From Pristiophorus japonicus (lineage: Eukaryota): a DNA stretch of 64,000 nt. A program made the translations under genes and the position numbers. Shown piece by piece: positions 23,823-36,089 of this stretch (position 1 is the stretch's first letter; the number at the start of each line of letters is the position of its first letter). Where the stretch lies: assembly GCF_044704955.1 (NCBI RefSeq), contig NC_092003.1, forward strand, positions 3,782,001-3,846,000. The letters are read 5' to 3'. The notes beneath the pieces are model-generated. The model saw only the letters and a list, made by a program, of their open reading frames with translations. It was not told the origin of the DNA and made no database searches.

Positions 23823-25470
23823 CAACAACCACTTGTATTTATATAGCACCTTTAACGTAGTTGTGGAAGAAAGAATCTATGAATCTATGGCTTATGGAAA
23901 AGGGAAGGGTTAAATTCTGTTTTTGCTATGCTTAAAGAAATAATAGTACTAGAAAAATAGCCACGCTTTTTTAGCCTTGAAACTTAGAAATGCAATTAAA
24001 TGACCATCTGGTATTAAAAGGGAGTCTCCTTTTGACTTTGCTTATCAGACTGCGAACAGAGAGAAACTATGCAAGGAAAGATAGAGTGTGTACCTCCCGA
24101 GACGACCTTTGTACTCGCGGGACTAATGAATAAGATTCCTTTTATATTTCTGTATTCAATTTCTGTATAAAGATAGGGACAATTTGCCTGTACGACAGAG
24201 TTTTGCCTTGGTACGGTCCAAGCAGGCTCTCCGAGATATATCTCGCATTTTAAAATAAATTCTCTCGAAGTGCAGTTCTGAACGTCTCCGCCTGAGTTAA
24301 TTTAAGCGAAATATTTCCTCGACAGTAGTGAAACGTCCCAGAGTGCTTCACAGGGGTGTTAGGAGATAAAAAATTTGACCCCGAGCCGCATAAGGAGATA
24401 TTGGGACAGGCGACCAAAAGCTGGGTCGGAGAGGTCGGTTTTAAGGAGCGTCTTGAAGGAGGAGAGAGAGGCGGAGAGGTTTAGGGAGGGAGTTCCAGAG
24501 CTTGGGGCCCAGGCAGCTGAAGGCACGGCCACCAATGGTGGAGCGATTGAAATCGGGGATGCTCAGGAGGGCAGATATTTCCGGGGGTTGTGGGGCTGGA
24601 GGAGGTTACAGAGATAGGGAGGAGTGTAGGGGCTGGAGGAGGTTTCAGAGATAGGGAGGTGTGTAGGGGCTGGAGGAGGTTTCAGAGATAGGGAGGTGTG
24701 TAGGGGCTGGAGGAGGTTTCAGAAATAGGGAGGGGTGTAGGGGCTGGAGAAGGTTACAGAGATAGGGAGGTGTGTAAGGGCTGGAGGAGGTTACAGAGAC
24801 AGGGAGGGGTGTAGGGGCTGGAGGAGATTACAGAGACAGGGAGGGGTGTAGGGGCTGGAGGAGGTCACAGAGATAGGAAGGGATGTAGGGCTGGAGGAGG
24901 TCACAGAGATAGGAAGGGATGTAGGGCTGGAGGAGGTTACAGGGACAGGGAGGGGGAGGATTTGAAAACAGGATGAGAATTTTGAAATGGAGCCATTGCT
25001 TAACCGGGAGCCAATGTGGGGCAGTGAGCACAGGGGGTGATGGATGAGCGGGACTCGGTGCGAGTTAGGACATGGGGCAGTGAGCACAGGGGGTGATGGA
25101 TGAGCAGCACTGGGTGCGAGTTAGGACACGGGGCAGCGAGCACAGGGGGTGATGGGTGAGCGGGACTGGGTGCGAGTTAGGACACGGGGGCAGCCGAGTT
25201 TTGGATCACCTCTAGTTTACGTCGGGTAGAATGTGGGAGGCTGGCCAGGAGTGCGTTGGAATAGTCAAGTCTGGAGGTAACAGAGGCACGGATGAGGGCT
25301 TCAGCAGCGGATGAGCTGAGGGAGGGGGCGGAGACGGGCGATGTTACGGAGGGGGAAACAGGCGGGTTTAGTTATGCTGCGGGATATGTGGCCGGAAGCT
25401 CATTTCAGGGCCAAATCTGACCCCCAGGTTGCGAACAGTCTGGTTCAAGCCTCAGACAGGAGTTGGGGAG
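23823..25470 (-). mobile_element. L2-type LINE 3' fragment, interrupted by a solo LTR and containing 37-bp (~24590-24955) and 56-bp (~25020-25195) tandem repeats
   Basis: L2 tail AAAGGTGCTATATAAATACAAGT; HWLPVKQ..FKIL motif on the - strand. Confidence 0.8.
23862..24324 (+). mobile_element. Solo LTR (463 bp) with 5-bp TSD GTAGT
   Basis: TG...CA termini (TGTGGAAGAAA...TTTCCTCGACA, imperfect inverted ends); GTAGT at 23857-61 and 24325-29; TATAAA at 24166; AATAAA at 24254. Confidence 0.85.
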
Positions 25471-25919
25471 AGCGATGAGTCAAATCCTGCCTTAGCCAGC
25501 AGTGCAGTGTCCGGGTGTGATTGGTGGTACGGGGACGGGGGTCACTATTGCTCCGGGATAGACTTTATGCCAGCGGTTTTCAATAAGCGAGTCGGTTGGA
25601 GACCGGTCTTCAGAGCGAGCGAGGGCTGAAAGGGAGCGTCGGTTAAACCAGAGGTCGCACATTGCGACCTCGCATGTCCCAGCTGGAATGCAGGTGATTG
25701 GGTAATTGTCCCGCCAATCATGCCCGGAGCCCCGCCCTGCTGTGACCCGGCGAGGATCGGTTTAACACCACACCATTCATACCGAGTAACCGTCCGCCCC
25801 TCTGCTGGATAAATCACCCTGCCACTGTCGGGAGACTTTGCTGGTAGTTTCGTTCATGAGTCCCGTTTGCTGTGGATCGCAAGCGGCTCCGTTTAAATAG
25901 ACTGTGCAGACCGTTTAAA

Positions 25920-26480
25920 TTATCGCTCAAAAATCTGTCTATCTCCGCCTTAAATATATTCAATGACCCAGCCTCCACAGCTCTCTGGGGCAGAGAATTC
26001 CGCAGATTTACAACCCTCTGAGAGAAGAAATTCCTCCTCATCTCCGTTTTAAATGGGCGGCCCCTTATTCTGAAACTATGCCCCCGAGTTCCAGATTCCC
26101 CCACGAGGGGAAACATCCTCTCTGCATCTACCCTGTCAAGCCCCCTCAGTAATTTATACATTTCAATAAGATCACCTCTCATTCTCCTAAACTCCAATGA
26201 GTACAGGCCCAACCTGCTCAACCTGTCTTCATAAGTCAACCCCTCCATCGCGGGAATCAACCGAGTGAGCCTTCACTGAACTGCCTCCAATGCAAGTATA
26301 TCCTTCCTTAAATACGGAGACTTATTTCGAAAGGGAACTGGATCAAAACTTGAAGGGGAAAACTTTGCAGGGCTGTGGGGAAAGAGCAGGGGGAGTGGGA
26401 CACAGCTGGAGGCTCTTACAAAGAGCCGGCACAAGGCACGATGGGCCGAATGGCCTCCTTCTGTGCCGCATCATTCTGTG
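25920..26480. mobile_element. CR1 fragments (- strand to ~26320, then a + strand tail)
   Basis: CR1 ORF2 C-terminal motifs and 3' UTR. Confidence 0.85.
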
Positions 26481-26764
26481 ATTCCAAATAGATTCTGTTT
26501 GGCTGTTCGTAGCCCCGCTACCCTTCCTGTGCGAGGGAGGTGGGAGGGTCGGGGGGGTGAGGTTAACCGGATTCTACTCCACCCTGTGTCACAGGCTACC
26601 CTCAGACGCACCGGGGAAAGTCAGGTGGCGTGACGCCTCTGCAGTCGAATAGCCAGCTGACCATTTCTTTCCCAGCCAGCCACGAAGACTGGCTGCTGAG
26701 GGGGCGAGGCTCAACCCCTCCAGGGGTGGGCCCGAAAGGGCAGGGGAAGATGTTCAACGCTCAC

Positions 26765-26923
26765 CCACGGCGTTCTCTCGCTCCCGCAGCGTCTGATCCA
26801 CGTACAGCTTGGTTTTCTTCGGCACGCTGAGCTTAATGCTCTGGGCCAGGGGCGGCCCCGGGCTGGTGTCTTTGTCCTCGAAGACTGCCGTCCGCTTCAG
26901 TATCTTAATGATCAGCCCGCCGC
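26765..26923 (-). CDS. BBS1: BBS1 coding exon ([53 protein letters not shown])
   Basis: Conserved BBS1 [12 protein letters not shown] and [15 protein letters not shown] motifs; CACAG acceptor, GTGAGC donor; 159 bp, phase 1/1. Confidence 0.95.
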
Positions 26924-27197
26924 CTGTGGGGGGGGGGGGGGGAGGGGAGGGGAGGGGGAGAACAGAAACACCGTCAGCAACAGCACGCGCTCATAGCGGC
27001 CCCGTCCCCGTCCCCCACGGAGAATAGGCCGATAAATGACCGCAGCTCCCTCCCCCCGCCCACTGTCGGTACGGGAGGTTTCACCAGCTCGATCCCCGAA
27101 CTGTGCCGGCCCAGCTGGTCTCAGCTGTGATACAGATCGGGGGCGACACAATCCAGGAAGTGAGTGTTCGAACGCCAGCGACAGAGTGAGAGCGACA

Positions 27198-27244
27198 GTG
27201 TGTGTGTCCCGTGTGAGAGTGGTTGTGTGTGTGTGTGTGTCTGC

Positions 27245-27297
<53 letters not shown>

Positions 27298-27390
27298 TGT
27301 ATACATGTCTGCATGTGTATGTGTCTGCATGTGTGTGTTTGCCTGTGTGCACGTATGCCTGTCTGCGTGCACGCGTGTGTGTGTGTGGTC
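27198..27390. repeat. (TG)n microsatellite and degenerate flanks
   Basis: Dinucleotide run. Confidence 0.95.
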
Positions 27391-27837
27391 ACGAGAGCGG
27401 GTGTGAGAGAACCTCCCCGGGCTCCCACTCCTCAGTGCCATGCAGTGAGCCAGCTGGTCAGTGGGTAGGAGCGTCCAGTGAGGACGGGACTGGGCACGGC
27501 TGTGAACGCTTTCACAGTCGAACAGCCCGCCAACAGTTTCCATCTGAGCTCACACATGTACAGTCTCTTTGGCTGGGGGGGGGGGGGGGCCCGGCTCCTG
27601 TGGGTCTGCACCCCAACACCAGTCAGCAACCGGCGGAGGGGAGGCGAGTGGGAGAACTGGTTCTGCTGACCTGACCTCAACCACCCCAGCTCGCTTGGGG
27701 CCTCTTGTGGCTGCTGCCTGGTACTGTAGCAGTACAACATTGCAAGGACACAGGATGCTGATTGGCCAGCCCTGTTGTCCCTGCTTTCTCCCTTTAATTT
27801 GCTGGCATTTGTATCCGAGAGCCTTTGCATCCCCTGT

Positions 27838-28580
27838 CCTGGGAGTGTTTGATGGGACAGTGTAGAGGGAGCTTTACTCTGTATCTAACCCCGTGCTGTA
27901 CCTGCCCTGGGAGTGTTTGATGGGACAGTGTAGAGGGAGCTTTACTCTGTATCTAACCCCGTGCTGTACCTGCCCTGGGAGTGTTTGATGGGACAGTGTA
28001 GAGGGAACTTTACTCTGTATCTAACCCCCTGTACCTGCCCTGGGAGTGTTTGATGGGACAGTGTAGAGGGAGCTTTACTCTGTATCTAACCCCCTGTACC
28101 TACCCTGGGAGTGTTTGATGCGACAGTGTAGAGGGAGCTTTACTCTGTATCTAACCCCGTGCTGTACCTGCCCTGGGAGTGTTTGATGGGACAGTGTAGA
28201 GGGAGCTTTACTCTGTAACTAACCTCCTGTACCTGCCCTGGGAGTGTTTGATGGGACAGTGTAGAGGGAGCTTTACTCTGTATCTAACCCCCTGTACCTG
28301 CCCTGGGAGTGTTTGATGGGACAGTGTAGAGGGAGCTTTACTCTGTATCTAACCCCGTGCTGTACCTGCCCTGGGAGTGTTTGATGGGACAGTGTAGAGG
28401 GAGCTTTACTCTGTATCTAACCCCCTGTACCTGCCCTGGGAGTGTTTGATGGGACAGTGTAGAGGGAGCTTTACTCTGTATCTAACCCCGTGCTGCACCT
28501 GCCCTGGGAGTGTTTGATGGGACAGTGTAGAGGGAGCTTTACTCTGTATCTAACCCCGTGCTGCACCTGCCCTGGGAGTG
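27838..28580. repeat. 64/68-bp minisatellite (CTGGGAGTGTTTGATGGGACAGTGTAGAGGGAGCTTTACTCTGTATCTAACCCC[GTG]CTGTACCTGCC)n, ~11 copies
   Basis: Direct tandem repeat with two length variants. Confidence 0.93.
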
Positions 28581-28747
28581 CTGTGATCCCCGACACACTC
28601 ACATTCCTCCAAGTGCCTAGACTAAAATTCAAAATGAATGTTGATGAAGGGAAAGCAAAAAAGGAGCACGCGACTTCTGAACGAGAGAGCGAGAGAGAGA
28701 GCGAGAGAGAGAGCGAGAGCAAGAGAGAGAGAGAGAGAGAGATTCAC

Positions 28748-28817
28748 CTTTGGTCGTCATGATGAGCGATCCATCTTCCCGCCCGTACCTGCCGAAACAG
28801 AGGCTGGTCACCACGTC
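28748..28817 (-). CDS. BBS1: BBS1 coding exon ([23 protein letters not shown])
   Basis: Conserved [18 protein letters not shown] motif; CCCAG acceptor, GTGAAT donor; 70 bp, phase 0/1. Confidence 0.95.
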
Positions 28818-29029
28818 CTGGGACAAAGCGAGGATGGAGAAAAATAATCAGCGATTGGCGTTGTGCGGCGCGCGGAACCCGTGCGCGCGATGCAGTCCCG
28901 CCATTCCCAAGTTGAGCGCTGTGTCGGCCGGGGGTCAGGTGTCAGGGGGCGGAGCTCGGAAATCACACAGTGCGTAGTCACAGCGCTTTGAACCCCAACA
29001 CTTTAATCGACAACTTGCATTTATATAGC

Positions 29030-30030
29030 GCCGTCAACGTCCCAAGCATGGACCTTACGCTAAACATCCGTAAGACAAAGGTCCTCGATCAGCCTGTCCC
29101 TGCCGCACAGCACTGCCCCCCAGACATCAAGATCCACGGCCCGGCCCTGGACAACGTGGACCATTTCCCCTATCTCGGGAGCCTCCTATCAACAAGAGCG
29201 GGCATTGATGACGAGATCCAACACCCCCTCCAGTGCGCCAGCGCAGCTTGAGGAAAAGAGTGTTTGAAGACCAGGCCCTCAAATCCAGCACCCAGCTCAT
29301 GGTCTACAGGACTGTAGTGATACCCGCCCTCCTGTATGGCTCAGAGACATGGACCATGTACAGTTGACACCTCAAGTCGCTGGAGAAATACCACCAACGC
29401 TGTCTCCGCAAGGTCCTGCAAATCCCCCGGGAGGACAGACGCACCAACGTTAGCGTCCTCGACCAGGCCAACATCCCCAGCATCGAAGCACTGACCACAC
29501 TCGACCAGCTCCGCTGGGCAGGGCCACATTGTCCGCATGTCCCCCAGACACGAGACTCCCAAAGCAAGCGCTCTACTCGGAACTCCTTCACGGCAAACAA
29601 GTCAAAGGTGGGCAGAGGAAACGTTACAAGGGACCACCCTCAAAGCCTCCCTGATAAAGTGCAACATCCCCACCGACACCTGGGAGTCGCTGGCCCAAAG
29701 ACCAGTCCGCCCTAAGTGGAGGAAGTGCATCCGGGAGGGCGCTGAGCACCTCGAGTCTCGTCGCCGAGAGCGTGCAGAGACCAAGCGCAGGCAGCGGAAG
29801 GAGCGTGCGGCAAACCAGTCCCACCCTCCCCTTCCCTCAACCACTGTCTGTCCCACCCTCCCCTTCCCTCAACCACTGTCTGTCCCACCCTCCCCTTCCC
29901 TCAACCACTGTCTGTCCCACCTGTGACAGGGACTGTGGTTCTCGTATTGGGCTGTTCAGCCACCTGAGGACTCGTGTTTAGAGTGGAAGCGAGTCTTCCT
30001 CGATTCCGAGGGACTGCCTGTGACGATGAT
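29030..30030 (+). mobile_element. RTE LINE 3' ~1 kb, with an internal 32-bp triplication (~29819-29920)
   Basis: LTLNIRKTKV, VDHFPYLGS, ALLYGSETW motifs, zinc-knuckle end and RTE tail. Confidence 0.9.
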
Positions 30031-30351
30031 GTTATTGTAGGCTACACAAGTCCCCCCCGCCACTGCTGCTCAGTATCTCTTACCCCTCCCCCCCACCCCC
30101 GTGGAACACCCTCAAAACCGATCTCAAACCTGCCGCCCCAGCGATAATGATTTCAAACGGTGACTGGGCAGGGCAGGCCATTTTAACTCCCGGATGTCGA
30201 GGGGCCTCGACCTGATGTCACTTGGAGCCCGCTGCAGTTTTGGTCGGGCATCGTGGCCAGGTCTTGAAACCCGAGGGGAATATGGCGGCCGACGGGGTGG
30301 GGGAGAGGCCGGTCGGGTATTTAAAAAAAAAATCAATCATGGGTTTCCGTC

Positions 30352-31800
30352 TGGGGGGGAGGGAGCGCGAGGGGGGGGGGGGAGGGAACGCGAGGGGGGG
30401 AGGGAGCGCGAGGGGGGGGGCGAGGGAGCGCGAGGGGGGGGGGAGGGAGCGCGAGGGGGGGGGGAGGGAGCGCGAGGGGGGGGGGAGGGAGCGCGAGGGG
30501 GGGGGAGGGAGCGCGAGGGGGGGGGAGGGAGCGCGAGGGGGGGGAGGGAGCGCGAGGGGGGGGGGAGGGAGCGCGAGGGGGGGAGGGGAGGGAACGCGAG
30601 GGGGGGAGGGGAGGGAGCGCGAGGGGGGGGAGGGGGGGGAGGGAACGCGAAGGGGGGAGGAGGGAACGCGAGGGGGGGGAGGAGGGAACGCGAGGGGGGG
30701 GAGGAGGGAACGCGAGGGGGGGGAGGAGGGAACGCGAGGGGGGGGAGGAGGGAACGCGAGGGGGGGGAGGAGGGAACGCGAGGGGGGGAGGAGGGAACGC
30801 GAGGGGGGGGAGGAGGGAACGCGAGGGGGGGGAGGAGGGAACGCGAGGGGGGGAGGAGGGAACGCGAGGGGGGGGAGGAGGGAACGCGAGGGGGGGGAGG
30901 AGGGAACGCGAGGGGGGGGAGGAGGGAACGCGAGGGGGGGGAGGAGGGAACGCGAGGGGGGGGAGGAGGGAACGCGAGGGGGGGAGGAGGGAACGCGAGG
31001 GGGGAGGAGGGAACGCGAGGGGGGGGAGGAGGGAACGCGAGGGGGGGGAGGAGGGAACGCGAGGGGGGGGAGGAGGGAACGCGAGGGGGGGGAGGAGGGA
31101 ACGCGAGGGGGGGGAGGAGGGAACGCGAGGGGGGGGAGGAGGGAACGCGAGGGGGGGAGGAGGGAACGCGAGGGGGGGGAGGAGGGAACGCGAGGGGGGG
31201 GAGGAGGGAACGCGAGGGGGGGAGGAGGAGCGGAGGGACGCGAGGGGGGGGAGGAGGGAACGCGAGGGGGGGGAGGAGGGAACGCGAGGGGGGGGAGGAG
31301 GGAACGCGAGGGGGGGAGGAGGGAACGCGAGGGGGGGAGGAGGAACGCGAGGGGGGAGGAGGGAACGCGAGGGGGGGAGGAGGGAACGCGAGGGGGGGAG
31401 GAGGGAACGCGAGGGGGGGGAGGAGGGAACGCGAGGGGGGGAGGAGGGAACGCGAGGGGGGGGAGGAGGGAACGCGAGGGGGGGAGGAGGGAACGCGAGG
31501 GGGGGAGGAGGGAACGCGAGGGGGGGGAGGAGGGAACGCGAGGGGGGGAGGAGGGAACGCGAGGGGGGGGAGGGAACGCGAGGGGGGGAGGGGACGCGAG
31601 GGGGGGGGAGGGAGCGCGAGGGGGGAGGGAACGCGAGGGGGGGAGGAGGAACGCGAGGGGGGAGGGCGCGAGGGGGGAGGGAACGCGAGGGGGGGAGGGA
31701 ACGCGAGGGGGGAGGGGACGCGGGGGGGGAGGAACGCGAGGGGGGGGAGGGGACGCGAGGGGGGGAGGGGACGCGGGGGGGGGAGGGGACGCGGGGGGGG
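30352..31800. repeat. G-rich ~20-22-bp minisatellite (GAGGGAACGCGAGGGGGGGGAG)n
   Basis: Tandem repeat with variable G-run length; starts ~25 bp from a BBS1 donor. Confidence 0.92.
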
Positions 31801-31826
31801 GAGGTAGCGCGAGTGAGGGAGCGTAC

Positions 31827-31861
31827 CTGAGTCCTGGTGATGTTGATGAGGTTCTTGTCAC
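31827..31861 (-). CDS. BBS1: BBS1 coding exon, 3' part only (..DKNLINITRTQ), truncated by the assembly gap
   Basis: Corresponds to human RDKALLNVIHTP, which precedes [12 protein letters not shown]; donor CAG/GTACGC, phase 0. Confidence 0.8.
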
Positions 31862-32061
31862 NNNNNNNNNNNNNNNNNNNNNNNNNNNNNNNNNNNNNNN
31901 NNNNNNNNNNNNNNNNNNNNNNNNNNNNNNNNNNNNNNNNNNNNNNNNNNNNNNNNNNNNNNNNNNNNNNNNNNNNNNNNNNNNNNNNNNNNNNNNNNNN
32001 NNNNNNNNNNNNNNNNNNNNNNNNNNNNNNNNNNNNNNNNNNNNNNNNNNNNNNNNNNNNN
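31862..32061. other. Assembly gap (200 N placeholder)
   Basis: Run of N. Confidence 1.
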
Positions 32062-32447
32062 GTCGACCTCAGCCTTGAATATACTCAACGACTCAGCATA
32101 AGCGGCCCTCTGGGGCAGAGAATTCCAAAGACCCACAGCCGAGCGAGCTTGCGTTTAGCAATAGTAGAATTGGCCACAGCTCGGCTGGGTGAGATTCACG
32201 CCAACGACCACTGCCCAGTGACCACTGCGGAAAAGAGCAGGCGGATGGGCGTGCACCATATCAGGACTGGGCGATAACGCCCCCCCCCACTTTGGTCCAA
32301 GAGTTTGCCCCAAGGATGCCACCTGGGCTGCCATATTCAGAATGGGCACCCCTCACTACACCACACAAGAGGATGATGGTCCCTCCCAACCCCACCGCCT
32401 TCAAGAGAAGGAACTCAGGCGGGCAAATTATATTTCCAATACTGTAC

Positions 32448-32537
32448 CTGTGGTAGGTTAGGCACAAACTTGGTGTCCCCAAAGGACTTGTAGTTGCCCA
32501 TGTTGGAATAAACTCCCGCTGCATACACAAGGAATGC
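32448..32537 (-). CDS. DPP3: DPP3 second coding exon (AFLVYAAGVYSNMGNYKSFGDTKFVPNLPQ)
   Basis: Highly conserved peptidase M49 motif NMGNYKSFGDTKF; TTCCAG acceptor, GTACAG donor; 90 bp. Not present in the ORF track. Confidence 0.96.
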
Positions 32538-32584
32538 CTGGAACACAGCACAAACATCACGGTCAAATACTCAAAACACAAACA

Positions 32585-32750
32585 TACTTGCATTGCTATA
32601 GTGTCTTTCGCAACCACCGGACCACAGCCAATGAAGTACTTGTGGAGTGTGGTCACTGTTGTATTGTGGGAAACGCGGCAGCCAATTTGAGCACAGCAAG
32701 CTCCAACAAACAGCAATGTGATAATGACCAGATCATCTGTTTTTGTTATG
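32585..32750 (-). mobile_element. DeuSINE 3' fragment
   Basis: SINE tail sequence. Confidence 0.75.
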
Positions 32751-32779
32751 AGATGGGGGGGGGCGGAGAATGTATGTGT

Positions 32780-33815
32780 GGGGGGAGGGGGGAGGGGGAA
32801 CGGGAGGGGGGGAGGGGGGACGGGGGGGGGGGAGGGGGGACGGGAGGGGGGGGGAGGGGGAACGGGAGGGGGGGGAGGGGAACGGGAGGGGGGGAGGGGG
32901 GAACGGGAGGGGGGGGAGGGGGAACGGGAGGGGGACGGGAGGGGGCGGGGGAGGGGGGAACGGGAGGGGGGGAGGGGGAACGGGAGGGGGGGGAGGGGGA
33001 ACGGGAGGGGGGGGAGGGGGAACGGGAGGGGGGGGGAGGGGGGAACGGGAGGGGGGGAGGGGGAACGGGAGGGGGGGAGGGGGAACGGGAGGGGGGGGAG
33101 GGGGAACGGGAGGGGGGGGAGGGGGAACGGGAGGGGGGGAGGGGAACGGGAGGGGGGGGAGGGGGAACGGGAGGGGGGGAGAGGGAACGGGAGGGGGGGG
33201 GGGAGGGGGAACGGGAGGGGGGGAGGGGGGAACGGAAGGAGGGGGGGAGGGGGAACGGAAGGAGGGGGGGAGGGGGAACGGGAGGGGGGGGAGGGGGAAC
33301 GGGAGGGGGGGGGAGGGGGAACGGGAGGGGGGAAGGAGGGGGAACGGGAGGGGGGGAAGGAGGGGGAACGGGAGGGGGGAAGGAGGGGGAACGGGAGGGG
33401 GGGAAGGAGGGGGAACGGGAGGGGGGGAAGGAGGGGGAACGGGAGGGGGGGAAGGAGGGGGAACGGGAGGGGGGGAAGGAGGGGGAACGGGAGGGGGGGA
33501 AGGAGGGGGAACGGGAGGGGGGAAGGAGGGGAACGGGAGGGGGGGAAGGAGGGGGAACGGGAGGGGGGAAGGAGGGGGAACGGGAGGGGGGGAGGGGGAA
33601 CGGGAGGGGGGGGAGGGGGAACGGGAGGGGGGGGAGGGGGAACGGGAGGGGGAACGGGAGGGGGAACGGGAGGGGGGGGGAGGGGGAACGGGAGGGGGGG
33701 GGAGGGGGAACGGGAGGGGGGGGAGGGGGAACGGGAGGGGGGGAGGGGGAACGGGAGGGGGGGGAGGGGGAACGGGAGGGGGGGGAGGGGGAACGGGAGG
33801 GGGGGGGAGGGGGAA
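32780..33815. repeat. G-rich ~21-24-bp minisatellite (GGGGGAACGGGAGGGGGGGGA)n
   Basis: Tandem repeat. Confidence 0.92.
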
Positions 33816-34124
33816 TGGGAGGGGGAACATGGGGTGGAGGGGGAAGAGGGGGAATGGGGAGAAAGCGAGAGACACCAAGAGGTGAGGGATGTATTTGTAG
33901 AACAGGCCATGTGTTATGGAGCTTTTACACATCTCCCTCCCACTTGAGGTGGATTGCAGGCGTGGTTATAACTTTAAAAGCCAACAGAAAGCCTGGATGC
34001 TGAAGAGTGACGCAGTTGGATGTTTGGATTGTGATCAGAGCAGGGCCTGGGACACAGGGTGACCCTCTGAAATTCCACCAGACCGAGGCAAATGGATTCA
34101 GCCGAGGTGCCTGAAGGGTTAATT

Positions 34125-34158
<34 letters not shown>

Positions 34159-34542
34159 CAGTTTTGCTTTGCAGTGCACTGCAGGGTTGGCCGAAACCAA
34201 GCTCAAGCCATGTAAACAGTTGGGAGGTCAGTGAGAAGGTCGGGCTGCACATTGTGTCAATGGTTCTCGGGCGGCAAACGTTTCAGGCAAATCTGGTGTC
34301 CCTGGGCCAGCCGCTTTCCATCGCGCGCACTGTCGCACAGTCGCTGCTCGGCTGGGGGCCCTGTGGATCCCCCCCACCTCAGCCTCAGACTCAAGCCCCG
34401 AGGCAGCACTGTATTGTCGTGAGGCCCCCTCCCCAGTTTCAGTGGATAAGGCAGACGCCGAAACATCCGGCTGTCCTGGCCAATATTCCTCCCTTATCGA
34501 GAACAAGGCTAACTGGTCATTCATCTGACCGTTTGTGAAATA

Positions 34543-35355
34543 GGAACAGGAACAGGAGGAGGCCATTCAGCCCCTCGAGCCTGTTACATTAGGAATAGGA
34601 GGAGTCCATTCAGCCCCTCGAATCTGTTACATTAGGAACAGGAGGAGGCCATTCAGCCCCTCGAGCCTGTTACATTAGGAACAGGAGGAGGCCATTCAGC
34701 CCCTCGAGCCTGTTACATTAGGAACAGGAGGAGGCCATTCAGCCCCTCGAGCCTGTTACATTAGGAACAGGAGGAGTCCATTCAGCCCCTCGAACCTGTT
34801 ACATTAGGAACAGGAGGAGGCCATTCAGCCCCTCGAACCTGTTACATTAGGAACAGGAGGAGGCCATTCAGCCCCTCGAGCCTGTTACATTAGGAACAGG
34901 AGGCCATTCAGCCCCTCGAGCCTGTTACATTAGGAATAGGAGGAGTCCATTCAGCCCCTCGAGCCTGTTACATTAGGAACAGGAGGAGACCATTCAGCCC
35001 CTCGAGCCTGTTACATTAGGAACAGGAGGAGACCATTCAGCCCCTCGAGCCTGTTATATTAGGAACAGGAGGAGGCCATTCAGCCCCTCGAGCCTGTTAC
35101 ATTAGGAACAGGAGGAGTCCATTCAGCCCCTCGAGCCTGTTACATTAGGAACAGGAGGAGGCCATTCAGCCCCTCGAGCCTGTTACATTAGGAACAGGAG
35201 GAGGCCATTCAGCCCCTCGAGCCTGTTACATTAGGAACAGGAGGAGGCCATTCAGCCCCTCGAGCCTGTTACATTAGGAACAGGAGGAGACCATTCAGCC
35301 CCTCGAGCCTGTTACATTAGGAACAGGAGGAGACCATTCAGCCCCTCGAGCCTGC
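34543..35355. repeat. 43-bp minisatellite (GGAACAGGAGGAGGCCATTCAGCCCCTCGAGCCTGTTACATTA)n derived from a CR1 3' UTR, ~19 copies
   Basis: Tandem array that runs directly into CR1 tail sequence (..CCTGCTCCACCATTCAATCAGATCGCGGCTGATC) and CR1 ORF2 remnants up to ~35830 (-). Confidence 0.92.
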
Positions 35356-36089
35356 TCCACCATTCAATCAGATCGCGGCTGATCTGCATCTTAACCCCAT
35401 CTACCTGCCTTGGTTCCGTCACCCTCAATACCTTACTCCCCAGTTTTGACCTTTCCAATTGACCCCCGACCTCGACAGTGTTTTGGGGGAGAGAGTTCCC
35501 GATTCCCAGGGCCCTTTGTGTGAAGAAGTGCTCCCTGACATCACCCTGAACGGCCGGGCTCTAATGGTAAGGTGTCGCCCCCTTGTTCTGGACTGACCCA
35601 CCAGAGGGAACACTTTCTCTCTCGATCTCCCCCATCGAACCCTTTAACCCTCTCAAACCCCTCGATGAGATCGCCCCTTAACCTTCCCCACTCGAGGGGA
35701 CACAGGCCCAGTCTGTGTGTGTGCGACCTGCCCTCGGGATTTAACCCTCGAAGCCCCGGGGTATGGTTCTGGTGAATCTGCCCCACTGCCCCTCCAAGGC
35801 CGATATACCCTCCCCAAGGGGCGGTGGGGGGAGCCCGGGACAGGACACAGTGACTCCAAGATGGGGTATGAGAGGAGCTTTATATATAACCTGCTGTGTG
35901 CAAAATGGCTGCAACGATACTCCAAACAGCACAGGAACCCAAACTGAGGCTGAACAGCTTATTCTTATCCCTGTGTCCCTGACGTGTTGTGATTAGAGGT
36001 TGCTGCAACAGTGGGGTGGGGTGCGGTGTTCGGCTGTGCTCAAATGCTGCCGTTAAGATTTATTGTCTTAGCAGCTTTCTCTCCCCCGC

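Noticed and set aside
30194-33947. Gly/Arg/Glu-rich and Pro-rich ORFs of 370-620 aa
   Set aside because: G-rich tandem repeats nearly devoid of T cannot encode stops; they are intronic to BBS1 and DPP3.
34543-35355. CRISPR-like appearance of the regular 43-bp arrays (also 44375-45490, 27838-28580)
   Set aside because: Head-to-tail repeats with no unique spacers, no cas genes, vertebrate context; the 43-bp unit derives from a CR1 tail.
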